Source: Trueperaceae bacterium (GTDB lineage: Bacteria > Deinococcota > Deinococci > Deinococcales > Trueperaceae). From it: a stretch of 64,000 nucleotides of DNA. The notes under the pieces were generated by a model. That model ran no database searches. It saw only the letters and a list, made by a program, of their open reading frames with translations, and was not told where the DNA came from. Made by a program: the position numbers and the translations under genes. Shown here piece after piece: positions 31,456 through 41,290 of the stretch; the first letter of the stretch is position 1, and each line of letters opens with the position of its first letter. Location: the NCBI GenBank assembly GCA_965214405.1, contig OZ243956.1, forward strand, positions 896,001 through 960,000, read 5' to 3'.

Positions 31456-32877
31456 TCAATAAGGCCAGCTTCGCGCCAGGGGGCGCTCGAGCCCCAGCAG
31501 CCGCTCCAACATAATCAAGCGGTGTTCAGCCAGCACCGCTTGGTGGTCGGGCTCGTTCGCCACGTTGCGGTATTCATGCGGGTCTTCCTGCACATCCCAA
31601 AGCCCTTCGCTGCCGTCTGCATGAACCAAGTAACGATAGCGGTCGGTACGAAGATTCTTCCACCCGTGATGCTCCATCAGCGCGGAGCCTTTGCCCTCAA
31701 AAAAACGGTTGTGCAGCGCGGGCAGTAGGCTCTGTCCTTGTAACCGAGGTGGAACCTGCAAGCCCGCCGCCGCCAGCAGCGTCGGCACGACGTCCACCGC
31801 CTCGACGATGCTGCGCACCGTTCGCCCCGGCGAAGCCACACCCCCCGGCCAGCGGATGATGAGGGGGACCCTCGAGACCGCGTCGTCCCCCGGATAGCCT
31901 TTGCCGTACTTTAGATGCTCGCCCAGCCACTCGCCGTGGTCGGAGGTAAAGACGACGATGGTGTTACCGGCCAAGCCCCGCGCCTCTAGCGCTTCTAAAA
32001 TCTCGCCGACATAATGGTCGACTTCTGAAACCATCGCGTAGTAGCCGTGCCGCGCGCTCCGCGACCGCGCCTCCGAAAAGCCAGCCGCGTTTCGTTCGGC
32101 CTGCACGTCGTCAGGATAATCCGGCAGCCTAAAGGTTGCGGGGTCGTACAGGTCCAAAAACCGCTGCGGCACCACCCACGGGGCGTGAGGAGAATAAAAA
32201 CCTGCGATGCACAAAAAAGGCCGCTGGCTTTGCCCTTCCAAAAAAGCGCACGTTTGCTCCCCCACAAAAGCGCTGTGCGTAAACGCCTCATCGCCAGGAA
32301 AAGGAATGGGGTCCGAAAAGTCGAAGCGTGCGCCGCCGAGTGGGCCTTTTTGCGGATGCGTCACCTCGTCTTCAAGCCTCATCACGTCCAGGTAAGTCCG
32401 TCTGGCCGGGGGCAAGCCGACGGAAAGATGCTCCAACTGCGACGCGTCTTTGGCCCTCGCCCAGGCGCGGTAGGCGTCTTCGTAAACACCCGGCTCGTCA
32501 GAAATCTCCAGGTGGTCAAAGCCGTAAGCCGGATGGGGGTCGCGGTGCTCCCGATTCGCGTGCGGCAAAAAGTGCAGCTTACCGATGTTGGCCGTTCTGT
32601 AACCCGCCGGTTTTAGATAGTGAGGCAGTATCGTGACGTCTTCCGGCACCGGCACGCCCATGTGGGTGATGCCCAGGGTAGAGGGGTACTGACCGCTCAA
32701 AAAACTTACCCTACTCGGCATACACACCGGGTTCTGCACGAAGTAACGGTCAAAGTTGACGCCCTCGGCGGCCAGGCGGTCTAAGTTGGGCGTCTGAACG
32801 TCCGGGTTGCCGCCAGCGCCCAGCGCGTCCCAGCGCTGTTGGTCGGTATAGATAAGGAGGATGTTGGGGCGTTTCAT
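31456..32877 (-). CDS. Cys-type formylglycine-dependent sulfatase (cytoplasmic, no signal peptide)
   Basis: KRPNILLIYTDQQR, CMPSR motif, GKLH, TSDHGE. Confidence 0.95.
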   Translation of the reverse strand: MKRPNILLIYTDQQRWDALGAGGNPDVQTPNLDRLAAEGVNFDRYFVQNPVCMPSRVSFLSGQYPSTLGITHMGVPVPEDVTILPHYLKPAGYRTANIGKLHFLPHANREHRDPHPAYGFDHLEISDEPGVYEDAYRAWARAKDASQLEHLSVGLPPARRTYLDVMRLEDEVTHPQKGPLGGARFDFSDPIPFPGDEAFTHSAFVGEQTCAFLEGQSQRPFLCIAGFYSPHAPWVVPQRFLDLYDPATFRLPDYPDDVQAERNAAGFSEARSRSARHGYYAMVSEVDHYVGEILEALEARGLAGNTIVVFTSDHGEWLGEHLKYGKGYPGDDAVSRVPLIIRWPGGVASPGRTVRSIVEAVDVVPTLLAAAGLQVPPRLQGQSLLPALHNRFFEGKGSALMEHHGWKNLRTDRYRYLVHADGSEGLWDVQEDPHEYRNVANEPDHQAVLAEHRLIMLERLLGLERPLARSWPY

Positions 32878-33256
32878 AGGAAATGCACGCTTACTCCCTC
32901 CTGGTTTTGAGCATGTTTAGTACGCAGGATTGTCTCGAGCATCCTCTCCCCTTCATCTATCATGACGCGCTACCCGTTTTAGCATCAACCGTTCCAAAAA
33001 CCGTTGTCAGAGACTGTATATCATCCTCCGCCACAACGTTAGCATCTCGTTTGATGCACCGTGCGTACGACGCCTTCATGCGCGGTGACGGCACCCTCTC
33101 CCTTTGCAGAGGCGCTTAACAAGTTGGTGCACCGGAAAACAGGTACGGCGACGCGTTTCTCTGTAGTCAAGTCTTTTTTAGAACGAATCTCATGAGCGCA
33201 TTTGGCAGGCTCACAACTCAACCCTGTGAGCGGCCTCTGCCGGTCTGGTTGGATGG

Positions 33257-33279
33257 TACACTTTAATCGATTGATTAAA
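33257..33279 (+). promoter_or_regulatory. putative -10 box and palindromic operator of the TA operon
   Basis: TACACT immediately followed by TTTAATC-GATT-GATTAAA inverted repeat. Confidence 0.5.
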
Positions 33280-33333
33280 TGGTAAGTAGTGAGAGGGAAT
33301 GATAGAAAAAGAAATTATGGAAAGAGGAAAATT

Positions 33334-33633
33334 ATGGAAAGAAGGGTCAGCGCCACAGAAGCTCGTATACATTTTGGGGAACTTATGCAAAGCGTCGTCC
33401 GGGAGCAAAACCCGGTTATCGTCGAGAAGAGCGGCAAGCCTCAGATTGTCCTCTTGTCCGTGGAGCACTACAACCGTTTGCAACAGAACAAAGCCCAGAA
33501 CTGGCTCGACCAGCTCGAGCAAACGCACGCTTTAATCGGGGCCACGCGCAAAGGCGACGTCAACTTCCACCCTGCCGACGTCGTTCGCGCGATGCGAGAG
33601 GAGCGAGATGCCCAGCTCCTGGATCTGCCTTGA
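33334..33633 (+). CDS. Phd/YefM family antitoxin
   Basis: VSATEARIHFGELM...PVIVEKSGKPQIVLLS. Confidence 0.9.
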   Translation: MERRVSATEARIHFGELMQSVVREQNPVIVEKSGKPQIVLLSVEHYNRLQQNKAQNWLDQLEQTHALIGATRKGDVNFHPADVVRAMREERDAQLLDLP

Positions 33634-34030
33634 CGCCAGCATCGTTATCAAGCTGATTGTTGATGCGCAAGACCAGGCACTCAAACAGCGTTTTGTGCAG
33701 TGGGAAGCCAGCCACCGGCTCGCTGCGCCGACCCTGCTTTTTTATGAAGTCACGAACGCAATGTACCAGTACCAGCGCCACGCCGCCCATAGCCCGGTCG
33801 TGACGCGAAGCGCGCTGAGGAGCGCTCAAGCACTACCGATAGAGCTTTATAGCGACCTGTATTTACATCAACAGGCGCTGCAGCTTGCCCAAACCCATAG
33901 CCTGAACGCTACTTATGACGCGCACTACCTAGCCCTTGCGCAGCGGTTAGGAGCGGAGCTGTGGACAGCCGACAAAAAGCTGGTGAACGCTGTGAAAGCG
34001 AAGTTGGCGTGGGTAAAGCTGTGGCAGTAA
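33608..34030 (+). CDS. vapC: VapC (PIN domain) toxin
   Basis: ICLDASIVIK, YEVTNA, YDAHYLALA, WTADKKL; overlaps the antitoxin. Confidence 0.92.
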   Translation: MPSSWICLDASIVIKLIVDAQDQALKQRFVQWEASHRLAAPTLLFYEVTNAMYQYQRHAAHSPVVTRSALRSAQALPIELYSDLYLHQQALQLAQTHSLNATYDAHYLALAQRLGAELWTADKKLVNAVKAKLAWVKLWQ

Positions 34031-34080
34031 AGGCGTTCGTATAGCAGGTCTACCTCGTGTGAGGCACCAGGTCATCTAGC

Positions 34081-35058
34081 TCAAGCGTCCCGTACCAAGC
34101 GAAAGCCCATGTGCCCGGTGGAACTGTCGGGCGTGTTCTGCGTCCGAGCCGCCACTCTATAGCGGTTGCAGTACGACGCGTGGCACAAGTAAGAGCCGCC
34201 TTTGGTCACCTTACCCTGACCCTCAGCAGGACCCAAGGGATTGACAATGGGTTCCTGCGGATGTTCAGCGCTCCACCAGTCCGCGCACCACTCCCAGGTG
34301 TTGCCCGTCATGTTGTATAGCCCATAGCCGTTCGGTTCGAAAGCGTCTACCGGAGCCGTACCCGCATGGCCGTCTTTCACCGTGTTGCTCGTCGGAAAGG
34401 TGCCCTGCCAGATGTTGCAGCGGTGCTTTTTGTTGGGCACCAAACGGTCCCCCCAGGGGTAGGTGGCCTGCTCGAGCCCGCCGCGCGCCGCAAACTCCCA
34501 CTCGGCCTCGGTCGGCAGCCGCTTGCCCGCCCAATTGGCGTAGGCAACCGCGTCGTTCCAGGACGCGTGAACCACCGGGTGATTGAGTCGTTCGTCAATA
34601 GACGATTGCGGACCCTCGGGACGATGCCAATAAGCGCCAAAGACCTGTCGCCACCAGGGAGCCTGGGCTACGCCCTTTGTGGGCGGAAATCCTTGGGGCA
34701 AAAACCCGTAGAACACGTAACTCCAGCCGAAGCGCTCGGCCTCGGTCTGGTAGCCTGTCTCCTCTACGAACTCAGCAAATTGCGCGTTGGTTACAGCAAA
34801 AGGCTCTATCCAAAAAGGGGGGAGCGTGACTTCTCTCACCGGCCCCTCGCCGTCGCTGGGGAAGGTGGGGTCGTCGGTGCCCATCAGGAAATCACCACCC
34901 GTAAGGTGGACCATGCCGTCGGTGGAGCCCGTGGCTGAACCCGCCGAGCTTACAAGCTGAGGCTCGAGCCGGGCTCGAGCGTCGGACATCGGGTGTTCGG
35001 ACGGTGGGCGTGACGCGCCGCAGCAAGGGGCGTTCGCGTTGCGTGGTTCTTTGTTCAC
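34081..35058 (-). CDS. formylglycine-generating enzyme (SUMF1/FGE)
   Basis: RLPTEAEWEFAARGG, NGYGLYNMTGN, KGGSYLCHASYCNRYRVAAR with both catalytic Cys. Confidence 0.93.
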   Translation of the reverse strand: MNKEPRNANAPCCGASRPPSEHPMSDARARLEPQLVSSAGSATGSTDGMVHLTGGDFLMGTDDPTFPSDGEGPVREVTLPPFWIEPFAVTNAQFAEFVEETGYQTEAERFGWSYVFYGFLPQGFPPTKGVAQAPWWRQVFGAYWHRPEGPQSSIDERLNHPVVHASWNDAVAYANWAGKRLPTEAEWEFAARGGLEQATYPWGDRLVPNKKHRCNIWQGTFPTSNTVKDGHAGTAPVDAFEPNGYGLYNMTGNTWEWCADWWSAEHPQEPIVNPLGPAEGQGKVTKGGSYLCHASYCNRYRVAARTQNTPDSSTGHMGFRLVRDA

Positions 35059-35406
35059 GCCTTACACTTTATCGCTTACACCTACGCGATGCGAGCGGTG
35101 ACGGCCCACGCTCCTCTAAGAGGAAAGAGGACGTGGCAGCCGGTAGAACAAGCGGTTCGGTTACTCACGCCACTCGGTGGTTCTTGAAGATATCGGTGGT
35201 TCTTGAAAATAAACGTGAGGATAGGTCTAGGCAATAGAGAAGGTAGAAGGAGGAATAGGGCGAGCCTGCTGTATTCTGCCTCCCATATTCTTTTCCTTCT
35301 CGACAAACTTTCTCTATCTCTGGTAGCTTGTGCCTAAGCTGAGTTGGCTCGTGATATCCAAGCGCTGAACTAGATTCTGAACCGTTCAAAAGGAGAAACG
35401 ATACGG

Positions 35407-36144
35407 ATGATTCAAACTCCCGACATCACCCGCCCCCCCAAGAAAATCGTCGAGGGCCTCAAACGCATCGGCAGCGCGACCGCCAGCGGTGAACTGCGCG
35501 GCATGGGGATTCGTGACTCGCAGATTCGCGGGCCGGTCGGCTGGACGCCGGGCGTCACCATCGCCGGACCCGCCCTGACCCTGCAGTTTATGCCCCTGCG
35601 CGAAGACCAGTACAGCGAGGACGAATATTCCGACCCCGAAAAGCAGCTCCACCGCCACGTGCTCTACCACACCCAGGCGGGCGACATCGTCGTGGTGGAC
35701 GCGAGAGGCGACATGGCGAGCGGCGTTTTCGGCGAGATGATGCTCACCTATTTCAAGGGCCGCGGCGGGCAGGGCGTCGTCATCGACGGCTGCATCAGGG
35801 ATTATCCGAGGGCCAAGGAACTGGGGCTCGGGCTCTGGATTAAAGGCGTCACGCCCAACTACCACACGCAAACGGGCATTTTTCCTTTCGCGGTCAACGT
35901 GCCCGTGGCCTGCGGCGGGCGCCTGGTCATGCCGGGCGACATCATCGTGGCGGACGACGACGGGGTGGTGGTGGTGCCTGCCCAGTTGGCCCCGGACTTG
36001 CTCGCCCACGCCAGAGAGCACGCGGAGTGGGAAGACTTTTCGCGGATGCGGCTCGAGCAGGGCGGCGACTTGCGCAAATACTATCCCCTAACCGAAGAGG
36101 CCAGGGCCGAGTACGAGGCTTGGCGCAAAACGCAGGGTGAATGA
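35407..36144 (+). CDS. RraA-like / HMG aldolase family protein
   Basis: AGPALTLQF, GVFGEMM, VIDGCIRD, PGDIIVADDDGVVVVP. Confidence 0.88.
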   Translation: MIQTPDITRPPKKIVEGLKRIGSATASGELRGMGIRDSQIRGPVGWTPGVTIAGPALTLQFMPLREDQYSEDEYSDPEKQLHRHVLYHTQAGDIVVVDARGDMASGVFGEMMLTYFKGRGGQGVVIDGCIRDYPRAKELGLGLWIKGVTPNYHTQTGIFPFAVNVPVACGGRLVMPGDIIVADDDGVVVVPAQLAPDLLAHAREHAEWEDFSRMRLEQGGDLRKYYPLTEEARAEYEAWRKTQGE

Positions 36145-36166
36145 TTAAGCCAAGAGGAACGTTCTC

Positions 36167-37183
36167 GTGAAGATCCTTGTCACGGGCGGCACGGGTGATA
36201 TCGGCAGGGCGGTTAGCAAGCGCCTTTGTCACCGAGGGTGGGAGCTGCGGCTCATCGGTCTGGAAGACGAACTGCCCTTTGAGAACGTTGACGATATCAA
36301 AAGTGACTATGTGAAGTGCGACATCATGGATTTTGACGCGTTAAAAACCCAGATGCAGGACTGTGACGTGGTGGTTCATCTCGCAGCCATACGCGCCCCA
36401 AATTTGGCCCCCGGCAGAGAGGTTTTTCGCGTCAACGTCGCGGGCACCTTTAACGTCTATGAAGCGGCGGCGCAGGCGGGCGTCACGCGCGTGGTGCAGG
36501 CGAGTTCGATTAACGCCGTCGGCTGCGGCTGGAGCATTGACGAGATTCACCCGCAGTATTTCCCGATTGACGAAGCTCATCCCCGCGTGACGAACGACGC
36601 CTATTCGTTTTCCAAGCAAATGGTCGAAGAGGTTGCGGCTTACTTTTGCCGCCGCGACGGGATTTCGGGAACCTCGTTGCGGTTTCCCTGGGTCTACAAC
36701 CGCGAAAAGCATTTTGGGGAGGACCTCGAGCGCCGAGATACCATCCAGCGCGAGCTTGAAAAGCTTTTGCGTCAAGATGAGGCTGAACGCCGCGCAAGGC
36801 TCGAGTCCCTAAACGCCGAAGCCCTCGCCCTTCGTCAGGCGAGAGGGCTCGAGGTCGCCCAACCACCTTCTACCCCCCACGCCGACCCCCTATGGCCGGT
36901 CTGCGCCTTTGACCGCTTTAACTACTTCACCTTTCTGGACGACCGCGACGCGGCGCAGGCCATAGAAAAGAGCCTCAGCGCCTCCTTTGAGGGTCATCAC
37001 ACGCTTTTTGTCAACGACGCGCATAACAGCGTGGGGGTGAACAGTGAGGGGTTGCTCGAGCTTTTTTACCCGGAGGTAGGTGAGCGAAAAAGTGCCATCC
37101 GTGACAGCGAGGCACTGGTCAGCATCGGCAGAGCGAGGGCGCTCATCGGCTTTGAACCCGAGTTTTCTATGCACGGTATATGA
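36167..37183 (+). CDS. NAD-dependent epimerase/dehydratase (uronate-dehydrogenase-like extended SDR)
   Basis: ILVTGGTGDIG, VVHLAA, ASS, YSFSK. Confidence 0.88.
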   Translation: MKILVTGGTGDIGRAVSKRLCHRGWELRLIGLEDELPFENVDDIKSDYVKCDIMDFDALKTQMQDCDVVVHLAAIRAPNLAPGREVFRVNVAGTFNVYEAAAQAGVTRVVQASSINAVGCGWSIDEIHPQYFPIDEAHPRVTNDAYSFSKQMVEEVAAYFCRRDGISGTSLRFPWVYNREKHFGEDLERRDTIQRELEKLLRQDEAERRARLESLNAEALALRQARGLEVAQPPSTPHADPLWPVCAFDRFNYFTFLDDRDAAQAIEKSLSASFEGHHTLFVNDAHNSVGVNSEGLLELFYPEVGERKSAIRDSEALVSIGRARALIGFEPEFSMHGI

Positions 37184-37250
37184 GCGCGGTACAGATGCTT
37201 TTCCTGCACAATTTTGACCTTCAAATCCTGAATCCTCTTTAGGAGCCTCC

Positions 37251-38234
37251 ATGATCAAAGTTGCCGAATTTCTCCCCCCGACGCCCTCGCCCCTGTGGAA
37301 GATGGTCAAGCAGTGCGGCGTTGACTACGTCGTGGGAAGCATGGATTTTAGTCGTGGGTTGAACGTAATCAAGGAAGAGCTGCCCTGGAGCTACCTGCCC
37401 CTCTTGCGCGTCAAAAACGCTTATGAGAGCGCGGGGTTCGAGCTCGCGGTCCTAGAGAGCCGCCCGCCGCTGGACAGGGCCAAACTCGGCCTCCCCGGAC
37501 GTGATGAAGAAATCGAAGCGGCCTGCGAGCTCATCCGCAACATGGGCAAGCTGAGGATTCCGGTGTGGTGTTACGAGTGGATGCCGGTCTTCAATTGGCT
37601 GCGCACCTCGACCACGCTGCCCACGCGCGGCGGGGCTTTGGTCACCGGCTATGACCACGCGCAACTGAGAGACGCGCCGCTGACCGAATATGGCAAGGTG
37701 AGCGAAGAAACCTTGTGGGACAACCTCAGATACTTTTTAGAAAGGGTCATCCCCGTGGCCGAAGAAGCGGGGGTCAAACTCGCCATGCACCCGGACGACC
37801 CGCCGCTGTCGCCCATCCGCGGGTTGGGGCGCATCATGCGCAGTGTGGAAAATTTTGAGAGGTTGTTGGGGCTTGTGCCCAGCCCCATGAATGGCATTAC
37901 CCTTTGTCAGGGCAACTTCACGCTGATGACGGACGACTTGCCGAGCGTGATTCGAGCGTTTGGGGGAGAGGGCAAAATCTTTTTTGTGCATCTGCGAGAT
38001 GTGCGCGGCACACCCGAAAAGTTTGAGGAAACCTTTCACGACGACGGCCAGACCGACATGCTCGCCTGTATGCGCGCCTACCGCGACGTCGGCTTTGAGG
38101 GCGTGTTTAGACCCGACCACGTGCCGACGATGGAGGGCGACCTCAACAGCAACGCCGGGTATTCCTCAGTTGGGCGCTTGTACGCGGTGGGGTACTTGAA
38201 AGGGTTGAGAGAAGCCGTTTACGCTGAGGTTTGA
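37251..38234 (+). CDS. uxuA: mannonate dehydratase
   Basis: [50 protein letters not shown]. Confidence 0.92.
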   Translation: MIKVAEFLPPTPSPLWKMVKQCGVDYVVGSMDFSRGLNVIKEELPWSYLPLLRVKNAYESAGFELAVLESRPPLDRAKLGLPGRDEEIEAACELIRNMGKLRIPVWCYEWMPVFNWLRTSTTLPTRGGALVTGYDHAQLRDAPLTEYGKVSEETLWDNLRYFLERVIPVAEEAGVKLAMHPDDPPLSPIRGLGRIMRSVENFERLLGLVPSPMNGITLCQGNFTLMTDDLPSVIRAFGGEGKIFFVHLRDVRGTPEKFEETFHDDGQTDMLACMRAYRDVGFEGVFRPDHVPTMEGDLNSNAGYSSVGRLYAVGYLKGLREAVYAEV

Positions 38235-38442
38235 CGGGTGGGACTCCCTGTACCAGAGGTCGGAGGTAGTCGCGCAGTTTATTGAGGAAGTTCACAAGCT
38301 ACGCCCGCCAGTCAAGCTCTAAATGCCGTGATAATCCGTCAGCAAAATAAGGTTGCTGCACTGTCCAAACGTACTCGGAAGACGCGGTAAACTGTCTTAT
38401 GACTCGCTCCTTGATTACCCTTTTTCGCTCCTCCCCTACCGC

Positions 38443-41031
38443 ATGAGTACGGACCAAACTTCTCTCTTTGGCGAGACTGAAAAGTCCGAAGCCGGAACTA
38501 AGGTCACAGCCAAAGTCACCGCGCCCAACGGCCATAAGATCGTCATCATCGACGGTCACGCGCTCGCCTTTCGCTCCTACTTTGCGATTCGTGAATTGTC
38601 CAATTCCAAGGGCCTCACGACGAACGCGGTCTACGGCTTTTTGCGTTCGCTCTTGCGCATCCTCAAAGAAGAAGGTGAATTTGACGCCACCGTGGTCGCT
38701 TTTGACGCGCCCGCCAAGACGTTCCGGCACGAGCAGTACGAAGACTACAAGGCGGGGCGCGCGCCCATGCCCGAGGACCTGCCGCGGCAGATAAGGACCA
38801 TTAAAGAACTCGTCAAGCTTTTGGGGCTTTACCAGATTGAGGTGCCCGGTTTGGAGGCCGACGACCTCATGGGCACCATCGCCAAACGCTGCGAGGCGCA
38901 GGGCTACAAGGTCGAAATCGTGACCTCGGACCGCGACGCGTATCAGCTCGTGACGGAGCACGTCTGCGTGCGCGGGCTCGACAAAGCCGACCGCTTCGGC
39001 CCCAATGAGGTGTTCGAAAAGTACGGCGTGCGCGTGGACCAGTGGACGGACTACCGCGCGCTGACGGGCGACTCGTCGGACAACATTCCGGGGGCCAGGG
39101 GCATCGGCCCGGTGAGCGCCAAGAAGCTTTTGCAGCGTTACGACACGCTCGACTATATTTTGGAACATTTAGACGAGGTCGAGCCCGAGAAGTACGCGCA
39201 AAAGGTGCGGGACAGCCTCGAGGACGTCAAATTCTCGCGCGAGCTTTCGCAGATTGTGACAGACGCGGACTTACACATCGACCCCAAGGAGTGGGCGCAG
39301 CGGGAGATGGAGAAAGGCGCGCTGCGGGGGCTGTTGAATGAACTCGAGTTCGGCTCCGTCATCCGCGAACTGGGCCTGGCTGAGGCGCAGGGCGAAGCGG
39401 CGAGTTACGGGAACGTCCGCTGGGAGGACATGTTTTACGGCGGCGCGGTCGGTTACGCCTTGTCGAGCGTGAGCGCGATGGACGCCGACTTGACCGACTT
39501 AGCGGTGGCCGCGGCGGGCGGCGTCGCGGTGGCGCGGGGTGAGGCGGACCAGGAGGAGCTTTTTGAGAGTACATTCACCTTGGACGCCGCCGACGCCAAG
39601 GCGCTCGCCGTCTACGCGCGCAAAAAGGGCTACACCCTCCGGCCCGGCGACGACCCCCTGCTCATGGCGTACGTGTTAGACCCCAACACCGCCACGCCCG
39701 AGGCGGTGGCGCGGCGCTACGGCGTGGGCGAGTGGGGCGCGGACGCCAGGTCGCGCGCGGTGGTGACTGCCGAACTGCTCAAGGTGTTGCCGGAAAGGCT
39801 AGAGGGGGGGCAGCTCGAGCTTTACGAAAGCATCGAAAAACCCTTTGCCGAGGTGCTCGTCCAGATGGAGCACGTCGGCGTCAAGATTGACGCGGACTTT
39901 TTGAAAGCGCAGTCGGGCGCGATGGGAGCAACTTTGGAGAGTATCGAAACGCGCGTGCGCGAGATTGCGGACAATCCCGACTTGAACCTCAACTCGCGCG
40001 ACCAGTTGGCGGATTTGCTTTATGACAAGCTCCAACTCCAGGCGGGCAAAAAGACCTCGACGGGCAAACGCTCGACCGCGGTGGCGACGTTGGAGCCCCT
40101 GCGCGAGGCGCACCCGGTGGTGGCGCTCATTCTGGAATACCGCGAACTCTCGAAACTCAAGAGCACCTATCTTGACCCCCTGCCCAAGCTCGTCAACCCC
40201 GCCACAAACCGCATCCACACGACCTTTAACCAGACCGTCACCGCGACCGGGCGCTTGTCCTCGACCAATCCCAATTTGCAAAACATCCCTGTGCGTACCG
40301 AAATCGGGCGGCAGATTCGTCGCGCCTTTGTTGCGGACGAGGGGTCTAAGCTGCTGGTCGCCGACTATTCGCAAATTGAACTCCGCATCCTGGCGCACGT
40401 GACCGAGGAGCCCGTGCTCCTAGACGCGTTTAGAAAGGGTGAGGACATCCACCGCCGCACCGCCGCGCAGATTCACGGGGTCGCCTTAGACGCGGTGCAG
40501 CACGACATGCGGCGCATCGCCAAAATCATCAACTTCGGTGTGCTCTACGGGATGTCCGCGCACCGCCTCACGCGCGAACTCGGCATTTCGTACGAGGACG
40601 CGGACACGTTTATCAAGACCTATTTTGAGCGCTACCCGAGGGTGCAGGCGTATATCGAAGAAACGCTCTCCTTTGCCCGGCAGCACGGCTACGTCGAGAC
40701 GCTCTTGGGCCGCCGCCGCCTCATCCCCGACATCAACTCGGGCAACCGCAACGCGCGCGAATACGCCGAGCGCACCGCCTACAACATGCCCATCCAGGGC
40801 GCGTCGGCGGACATCATGAAGCTGGCGATGATCGCGCTTGCGCCCAAACTGGGGGCGCACGGGGCCAAACTCCTCCTGCAAGTCCACGACGAATTGGTCA
40901 TCGAAGCGCCGGAGGGTAAAGCCGACGAGGTCGCGGAACTCACCAAAACGACGATGCAGGAGGCGTACGCGCTTCAGGTGCCGCTCTCGGCGGAGGTCGG
41001 CGTGGGGGAGAATTGGCTCGAGGCGAAGTAG
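38443..41031 (+). CDS. polA: DNA polymerase I (Taq-like; 3'-5' exonuclease region looks degenerate)
   Basis: 5'-3' exo IDGHALAFR, GDSSDNIPG; pol motifs DYSQIELR, KIINFGVLYG, QVHDEL. Confidence 0.98.
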   Translation: MSTDQTSLFGETEKSEAGTKVTAKVTAPNGHKIVIIDGHALAFRSYFAIRELSNSKGLTTNAVYGFLRSLLRILKEEGEFDATVVAFDAPAKTFRHEQYEDYKAGRAPMPEDLPRQIRTIKELVKLLGLYQIEVPGLEADDLMGTIAKRCEAQGYKVEIVTSDRDAYQLVTEHVCVRGLDKADRFGPNEVFEKYGVRVDQWTDYRALTGDSSDNIPGARGIGPVSAKKLLQRYDTLDYILEHLDEVEPEKYAQKVRDSLEDVKFSRELSQIVTDADLHIDPKEWAQREMEKGALRGLLNELEFGSVIRELGLAEAQGEAASYGNVRWEDMFYGGAVGYALSSVSAMDADLTDLAVAAAGGVAVARGEADQEELFESTFTLDAADAKALAVYARKKGYTLRPGDDPLLMAYVLDPNTATPEAVARRYGVGEWGADARSRAVVTAELLKVLPERLEGGQLELYESIEKPFAEVLVQMEHVGVKIDADFLKAQSGAMGATLESIETRVREIADNPDLNLNSRDQLADLLYDKLQLQAGKKTSTGKRSTAVATLEPLREAHPVVALILEYRELSKLKSTYLDPLPKLVNPATNRIHTTFNQTVTATGRLSSTNPNLQNIPVRTEIGRQIRRAFVADEGSKLLVADYSQIELRILAHVTEEPVLLDAFRKGEDIHRRTAAQIHGVALDAVQHDMRRIAKIINFGVLYGMSAHRLTRELGISYEDADTFIKTYFERYPRVQAYIEETLSFARQHGYVETLLGRRRLIPDINSGNRNAREYAERTAYNMPIQGASADIMKLAMIALAPKLGAHGAKLLLQVHDELVIEAPEGKADEVAELTKTTMQEAYALQVPLSAEVGVGENWLEAK

Positions 41032-41169
41032 CGGGTAGAGCAGGAACATCCTGCTTTGAGCGAGTACGGCCATACTTCGCCATCCAGAATGGGATTTAAG
41101 GCTGATGTCTGCGCCCATAAACTCAGCTTAAGAGCGCCGCGACCATTGACTAAGGCCGTTACTACTGAC

Positions 41170-41285
41170 TACAGCGGTTTTTCATTGACATTGAGCGAAT
41201 TCAACGCAGGTATCATCCCTTAAACTACGTCCTGGACAATAACGTACACACTGAATCCCGCTCAATCCAGATGATACCTGCTATA
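41170..41285. mobile_element. MITE-like dispersed repeat, copy 2 (IS630-like TA ends)
   Basis: Ends TACAGCGG...CCTGCTATA; internal 12-bp inverted repeat GCAGGTATCATC (41206-41217) / GATGATACCTGC (41270-41281); homologous to 30273-30380. Confidence 0.65.
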
Positions 41286-41290
41286 GACCC

